Origin: Podarcis vaucheri
Lineage: Eukaryota
Reading direction: 5' to 3' (one strand)
NCBI GenBank assembly: GCA_965113315.1
Contig: OZ220376.1
Length of the DNA stretch: 64,000 nt
Shown here: positions 22,601-32,654 of the stretch, piece by piece
Numbering within the stretch: position 1 is the stretch's first letter
How the letters are laid out: every line of letters begins with the position of its first letter
The notes under the pieces: generated by a model
Told to the model about the DNA's origin: nothing
The model's input: the letters and a program-made list of their open reading frames with translations, nothing else
Database searches by the model: none
Program-made: the position numbers and the translations under genes

Positions 22601-25600
22601 TGGGTGAGCTGTCTTTTGGGGCAGGAGACTGCCACAGATGAGGTTCACTGAGAGGCCCCAGAAAGTACCAGTGGAGAAATCAAGGGTCCATTGGGAATGG
22701 GGCAAGAGGGGCACTGCTGGGGCTCACAGCCTGCCAAGGATGGCTCTGAAATGCCATTCTAGAAACCGCCCTAGAGGGAGGCAAAGGGAGTGCCTGGACT
22801 GAGCCCCCTGGTCACCGCCTCTCTTCCTGTCTTGCAGTTGCTGTGGGGGGCTGAGGAGGAGAAGAAGCGTCAGTGTGTCTTCAAGGGCAAAGACCCCCAG
22901 GTGAGTGCCAGGGATGTGACTCCCCCCTCCCTACCAGAAGTGGGTCTGCCTTTCCTGTGCCAGGAGGGCTCCTTCTGCCCCTTGGATTGAGCTGTGAACC
23001 GCTCAAGACATCCCCTCCATTGCTGGGGGGCATTCTGAGTTCGTCAGAGCTCAAAGCTTTCCTCTTCTGTCCCTTGCAGAGAGACTGTCACAATTACATC
23101 AAGATCTTGCTGCAGCTGAACAGTACCCACCTGTACACCTGTGGGACCAGCGCCTTCAGCCCTACCTGCACCTACATTGTGAGTAAGCTTGTGGAGGGAG
23201 GCACACCCTCCTGCCAGTATGGGACCCCTCGCCTTGGAGAATCAGAACTATCAGGTTGGGCCAACCAGCTCAGCTTTCACCAGCCTGGTGCTCTCTAGGT
23301 ATTTCGAACTACAACTCCCAGCAGCCCAGCCAGTGCGGCAGTTCCCCCATCAACCCCTGGGTCACATGCAAGCTGGGGCTGATGAGGGTGGTAGTCCAAA
23401 GCAGAGGCTGAGCTATCTCAAGAGACTCTCCCATGCACCCTTCAGCAGGATCAAGCAAATGCCTTTTGGAGATGTTTGTCCTGCCAGGAGTTTCCACCAC
23501 CTCCCTGGGCAGCCTGGCCCAGTCCTGTATGGACCTTCTCGCACTGGATCAAGCCTCATTCATGAAGAAGCCTCCAGCTGCCAGTTGTGGGCAGACCCTG
23601 GATGGAGTCCTGTTTTCTGGGAAGGAGCCAGTGCTGCTTACTGCTGTAGTGTTGAAAACACAGCTCTGTGCTCTCACAGGCCAAGACTCTGGCAGGATTT
23701 GCACCTGGAGGCTGTGCAAGGGTCTTCTTGAAGGCCCTAGAGTTAGAGTCTACATGTTCAGGGAGCCCCAGGCCCTACTATTTGGGGTTAGTGGGAAGGG
23801 TTAGGCTATGTCTTGTCTCCTGGCCTATTTGAGCCCCCACACCTTTTAAAAAATAATAAATCAAACGGTTTTGCCTCAACACCACCCCCAAATACATACT
23901 TCCTGGCATCTTCCTGACTGCACCATCCTCCCCTTTAGAACATTCCAGAATTCAGCCTGAAGCGAGAGGCCTCCGGGAAGCTGTTGCTGGAGGATGGGAA
24001 AGGGCGCTGCCCCTTTGATCCTGCATACAGGTCCACGGCCATCATGGTTGGTAAGGAGATCCTGGGTTATAGCCAGTGGCTGCCTCCCTTCATTCCATGG
24101 AACCAAGGAGGGAAGGGCCTGGGCCACCCCCAGGACTGGAAGAGTCATAGAATCATAGACGGGGGGACGGGGACCCAAAGGGTCAACTAGTCCAGTCCCC
24201 TGCAATGCAGCAGGGAGAGGGGAGCCAGCCAAGTTTTTCTAAAGCATTGAAGAAGAGGAGACTGTCCCTGGGTGTCTGGTAAAGGGCTCTGATTGTCTCC
24301 CTGATGGGGATGCTTTCTGGCAGATGGAGAACTGTATGCGGGGACCGTGAGCAACTTCCAAGGCAACGAGCCAACCATCCTGCGGAGTCACGGCAGTCGC
24401 CCGGCCATCAAGACCGAGAACTCGCTCAACTGGCTGCAAGGTGTGTGGGGTAGCATAAGAACATGAGAAGAGCCTTCTAGATCAGGCCCATCTAGTCAAT
24501 CATCCAACCAGAGGCCCCAAAGGGAAACCCTGCAAGCAGGATCTGAGCAGAATAGCCCTCTCCCCTCCTGCGGTTTCCAGCAGCTGCTATTCAGAAGCAT
24601 GGCTGCCTCTGACTGTGGATGCAGAGCCGAGCCTTTTGGCTAGTAGGCATCCATAGTCCTCTCCTTCGTGGAGATGGGTGACCAGGGAAGCTCTGCTGCT
24701 CAGTGAGATGATGGGGAGCATGTTTATTGCCTCAAATGGCTCGGACATCAAGACCTTCACTGGCCCTTCCCATGGTCTTTGAGGCAGGAATGAATTTGCA
24801 AGAGCCTTCTTCAAGCCAAGGTGGTCTTCTACTGGCTAGACCCTCTGCAGCTCTGGTTTGGACTCTCCCACTGGGATGGGGGGCTCCAAGCCTCTTCCTT
24901 GGATCCAGATCCATGGGGTGAGGGAGCAATTGCAGAAAGGCCTGCCTCTGCCATCAGGAGGGCTGCAGCTCAGCAGCAGAGCATCTGCCTTGCATGCGGA
25001 AAGTCCCAGGTTCGGTCCCCAATGGCATCTCCAGGGAGGGAGGGGGTCAGAGCGACTCCTGCCTGAAACCCTGGAGAGCTGCTGCCCGCCAGTGTAGGTA
25101 ATGCTGAGCAAGATGGACCAATGGTCTGTCTCTCTATAAGGCAGCTTCCCATGTTCCTATGTGCCACAGATCCCTTCTTTGTGGGCTCGGCCTACCTGCG
25201 AGAGAGCCACCCGCCCAGCAGCCCCCAGGGGGACGACGACAAGATCTACTTCTTCTTCAGCGAAAGTGGCAAGGAGTTTGACTTCTTTGAAGACACTGTT
25301 GTGTCACGCATCGCCCGCGTGTGCAAGGTGAGGAGGGCTTCGTCTGTTTGGGGACTGGGATGTTTTTTTCCCCTTTCCCTTTTTGCTCTTTGCAAAAGTT
25401 TGGAGAAGGTGGAAACCTCCCTTTCTGCTGAGCCAGGGCCAGCCCAAGACATTTTGCTGCCTGAGCCAGAGCAGTAAATGGTCCTCCCCGCCCGCTTAAG
25501 TCAAGGTTCATTGTGCCCAAGGCTGGCCGAGTTATTTTGGCGCCTGAGGCAGGAGATTCTACAAGCGTGTCTCCCTGGGAGAAGAATGGTCATAAACTAA

Positions 25601-28600
25601 TAAACTAGCAATATGCTGCTGCCCTTGCTGCTTCTCTGAGCCTGCAGCGTCCCCTGGTGCCCATCTCTTGGAACAGCAAGGAACTAGCAGGAACAGCAAG
25701 TGGCACCTGGGAGCTCCCAGCTGGGTTCAGTGTGGGAGAGCTTAAAAAAATTAAAAAGCCACCTTTCTGTCCAGGTGGAGAACTTGATTTTTATGTGCAA
25801 CAGGTTTCGACCAGTTCCTCTCAAAGTTTTATTGAAGCATTTCTTATTTATTGGATTTAAATCCCACCTCTTCTCCCTGGAGCTCAAGGTGGCTTACATG
25901 CTTCTCCTCCTCTTCATTTAATCCCCACAACCACCCTGTAAGGGAGGCTAGGCTGAGAGATTGTGATGGGCCCAAGGTTACCCAGTAACCTTGGCCAAGT
26001 GGGGATTTTGAACCCTGGTCTCCTGACTCTCTAACCCAGGAGTCAGCAAACTTTTTCAGCAGGGGGCCAGTCCTCAGACCTTGTGGGAGGGTCGGACTAT
26101 ATATTTTTTAAAAAATGAACGAATTCCTGTGCTCCACAAATAACCCAGAGATGCATTTTAAATAAAAGCACACATTCTACTCATGTAAAAACATGTTGAT
26201 TCCCAGAGTGTCTGCAGGCTGGATTTAGAAGACAATTGGGCCAGATCCAGCCCCCGGGCCTTAGTTTGCCTACCCATGCTCTAACCACTACACCATCCTT
26301 TACTGCAAGTGTAATCCCAGACTGTCTTACAAATAAAAGTGAACCCAGTTACACCCTCAAAGGACTCAAAACAAGGCAGGTGTTTCCAAATAGGCTGCCA
26401 GGGAAAATTCTTCTGGGCATCCTGGGCCTCTGCTCTGTAACGTAATACAACTTGGGACCAAACTAGACGTGAGCATCTGGGATGCAGGAACTTGCCTCTT
26501 CCCATTGGGTGGGTGGGTGGGTGGGTGGGGAGGGGAGGGGAGGGAAGTACAATTTGCATCTAGCCACATCTCATTTGGCCCCAAGTCTAACCGTGTTCCA
26601 CCAAGCTTGTCTCAAGTCCAAAATTAAAAGCCCATTAGATGTCCTTCCTGCCACACTGTGGCTTTTCTAGGCCCGGCTCTTGCAACTTGGCATGACAGCA
26701 CCACCCCTCACCCCTCCCTCCCTTCCTTTCTCTCCCTGCCAGGGCGACGTTGGGGGTGAGCGGGTTCTCCAGAGGCGGTGGACGACCTTCCTGAAGGCCC
26801 AGCTGCTGTGCTCACACCCCGAGGATGGCTTCCCCTTCAACGTGCTGCAGGACATGTTTGTGCTCACCCCAGGCGAGAGCTTGGCAGAGACCGTCTTCTA
26901 CGGGGTCTTCACCTCTCAGTGGTGAGCAGTGAGAGGAGGCTGCCTCTGTGGGCTGCCAGGTTCCCTTGGCAGAGGGCACTTGGTGTATGTCCCATTACTT
27001 CTGCATGCCTGTGGGTCCTTGACTGCCCCAGTTATATATTTATTGTCAATTAATTTTTCAAATGCATAACACATCAACGCCAAATTAAAACCAATACATT
27101 TCCCCCCCCCAAAAAAAACCTGGCTTTGCACTCTCTCAGATATTTCCATTTCTTACCCTTTTACATGCTGTTTATTTTACAGATTTATCTCTAATTAACA
27201 CCTATTTTTCTTTAGCAAATTCCTCATCTCTCAGCTGTGCCTTTACCAGGTCCTGCATGTAGATCAAACAAAATTATATCAAATGACAAATGAGGTTATA
27301 GTAGTTTAAATCTTTCATTCCTCTTTCTCGGCTGTCCCATCCTTGATCCTCCTTCTCCTTCCTCCTCTCTCCCAGGGACAGGAAGGGCGCTGGGGGCGCT
27401 GCAGTCTGTGCCTTCTCCATGGCGGATGTGGAGGAAGCCTTCAGTGGGCTGTACAAGGAAGTCAACCGGGAGACCCAACAGTGGTATACGGACACCCACC
27501 CTGTGCCAGAGCCCCGGCCTGGAGCGGTATGTCTGTCACCCAGCGACCAGCTCCATGGGCTTGGGGGCGGGAAGGCCTTGGGACTGATGCTGGTGGGTCT
27601 GCCTGCCCTCCACCTTGAAGGCTACTAGGCTGCCTTCGGCTTTTGCCTGAGATCCTGCAGAGGGTAGGGGCTGCCAGAGTCCAGTGCTGGACAACTTAAG
27701 CTGCTGCTGCTGCCATGTACCCCTTCGCTTCAAGATGGCTCTTTCCTTTTAATCCCCCTGCCCACAGTGCATTAACAGCCAGGCCCGGCGGATGAAGATC
27801 ACCTCCTCACTCCAGATGCCTGACCGGGTGCTCAACTACCTCAAGGACCACTTCCTGATGAGCAGCCCCATTCGGAGCCAGCCACTCTTCCTCCTGCAGG
27901 GTCATGCCCGCTACCAGCAGATCAGCGTCCAGCGTGTCCAAGGCCTGCACCGGGCCTACGATGTCTTGTTCTTGGGCACAGGTGGGTGGTGGCAGCGGCG
28001 GCTGGGAGGAGGGAGGCAGGGGGAGGCCCTCAGGCAGTGGCTGGAAGGATGGACCCTCCAAGGTGCTAGCTGCCTCTTACCTGCACTTCCTGGATATAAT
28101 ACCGTATTTTTTGCTCTATAAGACTTTTTCCCTCCTAAAAAGTAAGAGGAAATGTGTTTGCATCTTATGAAGCAAATGAAGGCTGCACAGCTATCCTAGC
28201 AGCCAGAACAGCAAGAGGGATGCCCAACAACAGGAGAGAGACCAGGCCGTTGGATGTCTGGGAAGGCTGTCAGCCATTCTTGGTTGGGACCTCCAGACTT
28301 CAAACATGCAGGTTTTGGTTCTCTGTGGCTGGCCCTGGACAGGTAGGGAGGGAGGTAATGGAGCTCTTCTGTGTGGGACTGGCCGGCAGGTGGGAGACAG
28401 CTATTTGCCCTGGCCCTCATCGCTGGGTTCCCCTTTCTGCTTTGCAGATGACGGCTGGCTGCACAAGGCTGTGGTGATGGAGCAGCAGGTCCAGATCATT
28501 GAAGAGATCCAGCTCTTCCCTGCTGGGCAGCCTGTCCTCAAGCTGCTTCTGGACCCTGCCCAGGTAAGACAGAGGGGCATCCTGGGAAACTCCCGCCAGC

Positions 28601-30381
28601 ATCCTCATCAGAAGAGGGAAGCCGTCTCCACGAGAGAGAGAAGTGGCCAGTCTGGGGGTTGTGTTCCTTCCAAGAGGACTCAGCCCTGAGCTTCAAAGCG
28701 AGGATTCCCTCCTCAGTGGCTGCTGTAGATCCACCCTTGCCTTGATCTACGTGGGCACCTGGGGTCTCTGGAGGGAAAGCTGTGCTATATCCTGCCTCCA
28801 CTCCTTCCCAGAAGCGTTGCTATGTGCTAGCCTGGACTCAGGCAGATACTTCTGAACCAGCAGGGACCCCCTTAGCTAGGCACAGTGGGCAGGACAAGGG
28901 CTGGTTTTGAGAGCTTCTGTTGCCAGGTGGCCAGCTGCTCTGCCCACAGGGGTCAGGTGCTGCATGACTGGCTTGTGGCCGTTGGAGACCCTCTGACAGG
29001 TGACCTACAGGGGGCACAGTGGGTCTGCTCTGTGGAACGAGCCTGACTTAGCTCCTCCTGTCCTCCCCGCAGGGCCTCCTTTACGCTGCCTCCTACACTG
29101 CGCTCGTCCAAGTGCCGCTCTCCAACTGCAGCATGTACCGGACCTGTGCCGAATGCATCCTGTCTCGGGACCCCTTCTGCATCTGGAGCGGAGGGGCCTG
29201 CAGTCCACTTCTCCCAGACCGCTCATGGCCCCATGCAGGGTGAGTGCTTCTTCCACCAGGCTTAAGTGGGGGTGCCCATCTCCTTCCTCCCCCTCCCCCT
29301 CAACCCATGGGTGGCCTCTGCCCCCTCCCTCCTTGCCTCTCCCTTCACCATTGCTGCCTCCATCTCTCACCAGGCCCAGCTGGCTTCAGGACATCGAAGG
29401 GGCTGATGCCACCCAGCTTTGCCAGACGGGCAATGGGCAGCCCAGCCGCTCAGCCACAGGTAAAGACCAAAGCTGGGATGGGGGCTTTGAGAACTCTGGG
29501 AACAAAAGAGGGTCTCCTGGGCTCAGCTGCCTGGCAGCCTCCCCGTGGCACCCGGGACCTGACTGGTGGGTATCCCTTCTCTCCCCTTTGCAGAAGAGCC
29601 TCCGTGCCAGGCAGTGGTGATCTTGGGCTCCAGCGCTGTGCAGACACTCCCTTGCCCGCAGCTCTCCAACCTGGCTTCTCGGCACTGGCTGCACAATGGG
29701 GTTGCCATCAACACCTCGGCTGTCCTGGTGCTTCCCAAAGGGGAGCTGGTGCTGATGGGCAGCCCAGCCCAGGCAGGACGCTATGACTGCTGGTCGCAGG
29801 AGGGCAGATTCTGGCAGCTGATGGCCAGTTACTGTGTGCGTGTCGAGCCCACGCTTGGAGCCCGGATTGTGCCCCTCCAGAACCCCCTGGAGACCATCAG
29901 CACCTCCAGGAGCGTCTCGGCGGCAGCCGCGGGGAGCAGCATGTCGGCTCTGCTGGAGGGCAAGACCTACTGGACGGAGTTCCTGGTGATGTGCGTGGCC
30001 TTTGCCGTCACCGTGACGCTCCTGACCCTCTTCGTGCTGCACCGGCACCGCAACGCCGTGAAGACCTTCCTCAAGCAGGGCAAGTGCACCAGCGCCCACC
30101 CCAAGAAACCCCGTAAGATGGGGCTTCCCGCGGAGAACTTGCCCCTCAACGGGGCCCATGCGCCCAGTGCCATCCTAGACCACAAGGGCTACCAGGCCCT
30201 CCACGACAGCCACGCGACCAACACACCTCTGCATGCCGCTCCGGCGGCGCAGCCAAGCGTGGCCTTCTCGGAGTCCGACCGACGCCCGCTCAGCGTCCAC
30301 GAAAGCGTCGTGGAGGTCTTGACTCCCGCCCAGCGGCCGCGTGTGCGCCTTGGCTCCGAGATCCGGGACTCGGTCGTATGA
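7159..30381 (+). CDS. SEMA4B: Semaphorin-4B (signal peptide, Sema, PSI, Ig-like, TM, C-terminal PDZ-binding motif DSVV), ~834 aa
   Basis: Coding exons 7159-7252, 21833-21993, 22838-22900, 23080-23178, 23939-24050, 24324-24440, 25170-25327, 26743-26921, 27376-27526, 27768-27981, 28448-28563, 29073-29239, 29374-29459, 29594-30381. All are GT-AG and phase-consistent (2505 nt). Diagnostic peptides: [45 protein letters not shown]. Confidence 0.97.
7669..7800. mobile_element. Palindromic MITE (hAT-derived type)
   Basis: ~52-bp inverted arms (ttctcaaccttgggtccccagatg... / ...catctggggacccaaggttgagaa) with 2 mismatches. Confidence 0.8.
9355..9900 (+). mobile_element. Two tandem CR1 LINE 3' fragments
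   Basis: gttaaactgtggaactcgcttccacaggaggcagtgatggccaccaac...ggactagatgggccattggcctgat..., then a second 3' end ending tggcctgatccagcagcc. Related fragments at ~5520-5660, ~51950-52290, ~24455-24670 (-), ~33650-33840 (-) and ~40510-40720 (-). Confidence 0.75.
10670..11230 (-). mobile_element. Old L2-like LINE 3' fragment
   Basis: (tttat)-type tail, ctcaaagcggtttaca, aggagttccaaagttgtaggtgctgccacc, typical of reverse-strand L2 3' ends. Similar fragments at ~1-170 and ~3400-3700. Confidence 0.55.
12560..12810 (-). mobile_element. Degenerate L2/CR1-clade LINE reverse-transcriptase fragment
   Basis: DLDPFQAG...[14 protein letters not shown] resembles the L2 RT motif LDPFQSGFRPGxGTETALVALxDDL. 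Confidence 0.7.
12819..13026. mobile_element. Non-autonomous hAT element (MITE A)
   Basis: TIRs caggggtcagcaacct / aggttgcagacccctg. 8-bp TSD atgtagcc (12811-12818) / atctagcc (13027-13034). Confidence 0.85.
13035..13253 (+). mobile_element. Non-autonomous hAT element (MITE B, copy 1)
   Basis: Perfect 8-bp TSD atctagcc (13027-13034 / 13254-13261). Internal sequence closely matches 26037-26278. Confidence 0.85.
14041..14106. repeat. Compound trinucleotide microsatellite (TCC)n(TTC)n
   Basis: Directly visible in SEMA4B intron 1. Confidence 0.95.
15581..15804. mobile_element. Tc1/mariner (Tigger/pogo-like) MITE
   Basis: TIRs cagtggtacctcg / cgaggtaccactg flanked by TA on both sides (15579-80, 15805-06). 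Internal tcaggttaca/tcaggttaag subrepeats. Confidence 0.85.
17401..17594. mobile_element. Degenerate hAT MITE
   Basis: Ends taggggtgcccaaact / acttggacatgcctg resemble hAT TIRs. Confidence 0.55.
19619..19969. mobile_element. Non-autonomous hAT (Charlie-like) element
   Basis: TIRs cagtggtttccaaa / tttggaaatcactg. Degenerate 8-bp TSD ctttaatt / ctctagtt. Confidence 0.7.
24958..25162 (+). mobile_element. tRNA-derived SINE (probably Squam2-type) abutting the SEMA4B exon-7 acceptor
   Basis: tRNA-like head (gctcagcagcagagca... caggttcggtccc), body cctgaaaccctggagagctgctgc, tail tataaggcagcttcccatgttcctatgt. Related copies at ~47125-47310, ~61715-61870, ~39980-40200 (-), ~52650-52760 and ~62640-62700. 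Confidence 0.8.
26037..26278 (+). mobile_element. Non-autonomous hAT element (MITE B, copy 2) inserted in a MIR/Squam3-like SINE
   Basis: Perfect 8-bp TSD ctctaacc (26029-26036 / 26279-26286). The host SINE (minus, ~25850-26297) resumes after the insertion. Confidence 0.85.
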
Positions 30382-31837
30382 GCCGCATTGTTGCATCCAC
30401 AGACCCTGCTGTGCTGAGCCTTCTGAGGAACCAGGAGCTCCTGGTGCCCCCGCCCAAACCAGAACTGCCCTACGGACTGTGAACGGACAGAAGGGGCCCT
30501 GCAGTGTTGGGCACTTGGGCCGCGTCCTCTCGCCCTGCGCTGGGGCACCTGTGTGTCTCTGCGCTGGCCTGAACTCCTTGCAAACAACGGCCGGAACCTG
30601 CAGAGAGCAGAGTGGGCATTCCTAAGCCTTGAGCAGGGGTGGCCTGCTCCCTGGCTGCTGCAAGGATGCTCAGCTGGGCAGAAGGGGAGACACTTTGGCC
30701 CGGGCTATCGTCCTAGGTCAGAGGAGCCAGACCCAAGCCCCACTGGGCTGGGGCAGGACGAGAGACTGCAAGGAGGCTGCAGAAGGAGGCCCTGTCCTTG
30801 GCCTGCCCAGTTCCTGCACTTCCTTCCAAAGAGAGCACCCTCTGGGCCAAGGAGTGGCACCAGCGAGCTCTCTCAATGGGTGGGTGTGTTGTGTTGTGTG
30901 CATGGGGTGGAGTCTGGCTTCTCGTGAACTCTGTGGGGTTAGGGGGAGAACCTGTTGAATGTTTAGGGTGTTTGCTTGGTATGTGGAAGTGTGAGAGTGG
31001 GGCTCAGGTGCCATGTTGTGAGAGGGGAGGGACACACACACACCGAACACAGATACCAGGCCTGCCCTTCTGACTCTTGCGCACTCTAGGTTTGGCTGTC
31101 TGCCACTGTGAATTCTGCCTGGGCTCCATCACAGAGCTGCCTCCTGCCCGGGCCAGGTATGTGGAAGGGCAGGACCTGGCTTGGTCACTCGCAACAGCAG
31201 CCCCAGCGCACCCCCACGCTTCCCACAAGTGCACTTGCACAAGCCTTGTGTGTTGGTTGTGTTTATTTTTACATAAAAGTTGACGTCTCCTTTGACAACG
31301 GCTTGGGCCTGATCTCTCTCGACGCTGCCCAGCCTTCTCGCAGCAGCCAAGGCTCCCTGATCCCTGCCTCTCAACCCTCCCTGGCAGCCCCGGGGGCAGG
31401 GTGTATCCTTTGGAGCCTCCAAGTCCCACCAGCATCCCTGTGTGCCCCTTGAAGCGCTGGGAGCTGTGGCACATACCTATGGGCAAAGCCTCAGCCTCTA
31501 CCACCAGGGGAATCCGGGCAGAATGGCTGCTGCTGCTGCCCATGTGGGCAGCGCAGCAAACCTCCCCACCCCCTGTCTCTTTCTGGCTGCATGACTTGAA
31601 GTGGTTCTGAATGGGGCAAAGATCAAAGGGTAGAAGGAAACAAGAGGCAGAGGGAGCAGGGGCCCTGTTGGAGGAGGCAGTAGAGGAGCTTGCTCCAGCA
31701 GCCTTTCCCACTCTTGTCACGAGGGGCCGATGCAGTCACTTCTCCTTACACTCTGCCAACCTGGGCTTAGTCCTCTCTCCTCTGAGGGGGTAAACAAAAA
31801 AGCAGACCAGGGGACTTATAGGTGCCAGGTCCTGAGT

Positions 31838-31843
31838 TTTATT
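31838..31843 (-). terminator. Probable CIB1 polyadenylation signal AATAAA
   Basis: tttatt on the + strand ~810 nt downstream of the CIB1 stop codon. Confidence 0.6.
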
Positions 31844-32654
31844 AGTAGCAGTGTAGAAACAAGATCACAACAGGTTTTGTAAAAAGAGGGTGGAGATTTA
31901 AGGCTTTCGGAAACAGCCACCAGCCTCGGGATTGCAAGTGCGCCCCCAACCCCAGCCCCCTCCGCCAGCTCAAATAACTGGCCACAAAATTCAGATCCAA
32001 CACCCCACCCCAACCTGCCTATATCACAAGTGGGCCAGCACAAGTGGGCTATATCACAAGTCTCCCAACAGCTGATCTCCAAGTGGGGAAGGTGAGAAGC
32101 TGGAAAGAGTTTGCAAAGGAGTGGGCAATCGTTAGGAGCTGCTGTCCGTTTCCCAGGGTGCGCAAGCCAGTCCAGGGCCCACAAAGAGACAGGCAGAGTT
32201 GGAGGCAGTCCCTGCTGCAGCAAAGGCACGGAGTCGGTGGGAATGTCAGTGTAGGTACAGCAGCGCCAGGGAATAAGGATCGTCGTCGCCCAGGATAGAA
32301 ACCTTGGAGTGTGACTTCCCTGCTGCAGGTGAGAAGAGTCCCATGCTCAGCACTCAGCCGGGGTCTTTTCTGTCCCAGGCTGCAGTGAAGCAAGAAGTCA
32401 GAGTACAGACCATGGCTCCCAGCATGCCTTGCTCCAGACCCATCTCCTCAAAAACAGTTGTGTGGGGGATGAGGCTCGAAGACACCCCACCCTGTCAAGA
32501 GCCTGGTTGCTGTCTGGACCTAGAGCTTGGGTGGAGTTGCAAGGCAGGATCTTCCCCTTGGCACAGCTGTCCTCGGGTGGCTAGAAAGAGGTGGTTTGTT
32601 CCCTCTGTAGAGAGATAGAGGCATCTTCCAGCAGGAGGGAGAAGTAGGGAGGAA

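Noticed and set aside
24958-25030. tRNA-like sequences here and at ~47130, ~56310-56380 and ~61720
   Set aside because: These are SINE heads with degenerate cloverleafs, followed by SINE bodies and tails; they are not tRNA genes.
29386-30159. 257-aa minus-strand ORF
   Set aside because: Antisense to the GC3-rich last SEMA4B exon.
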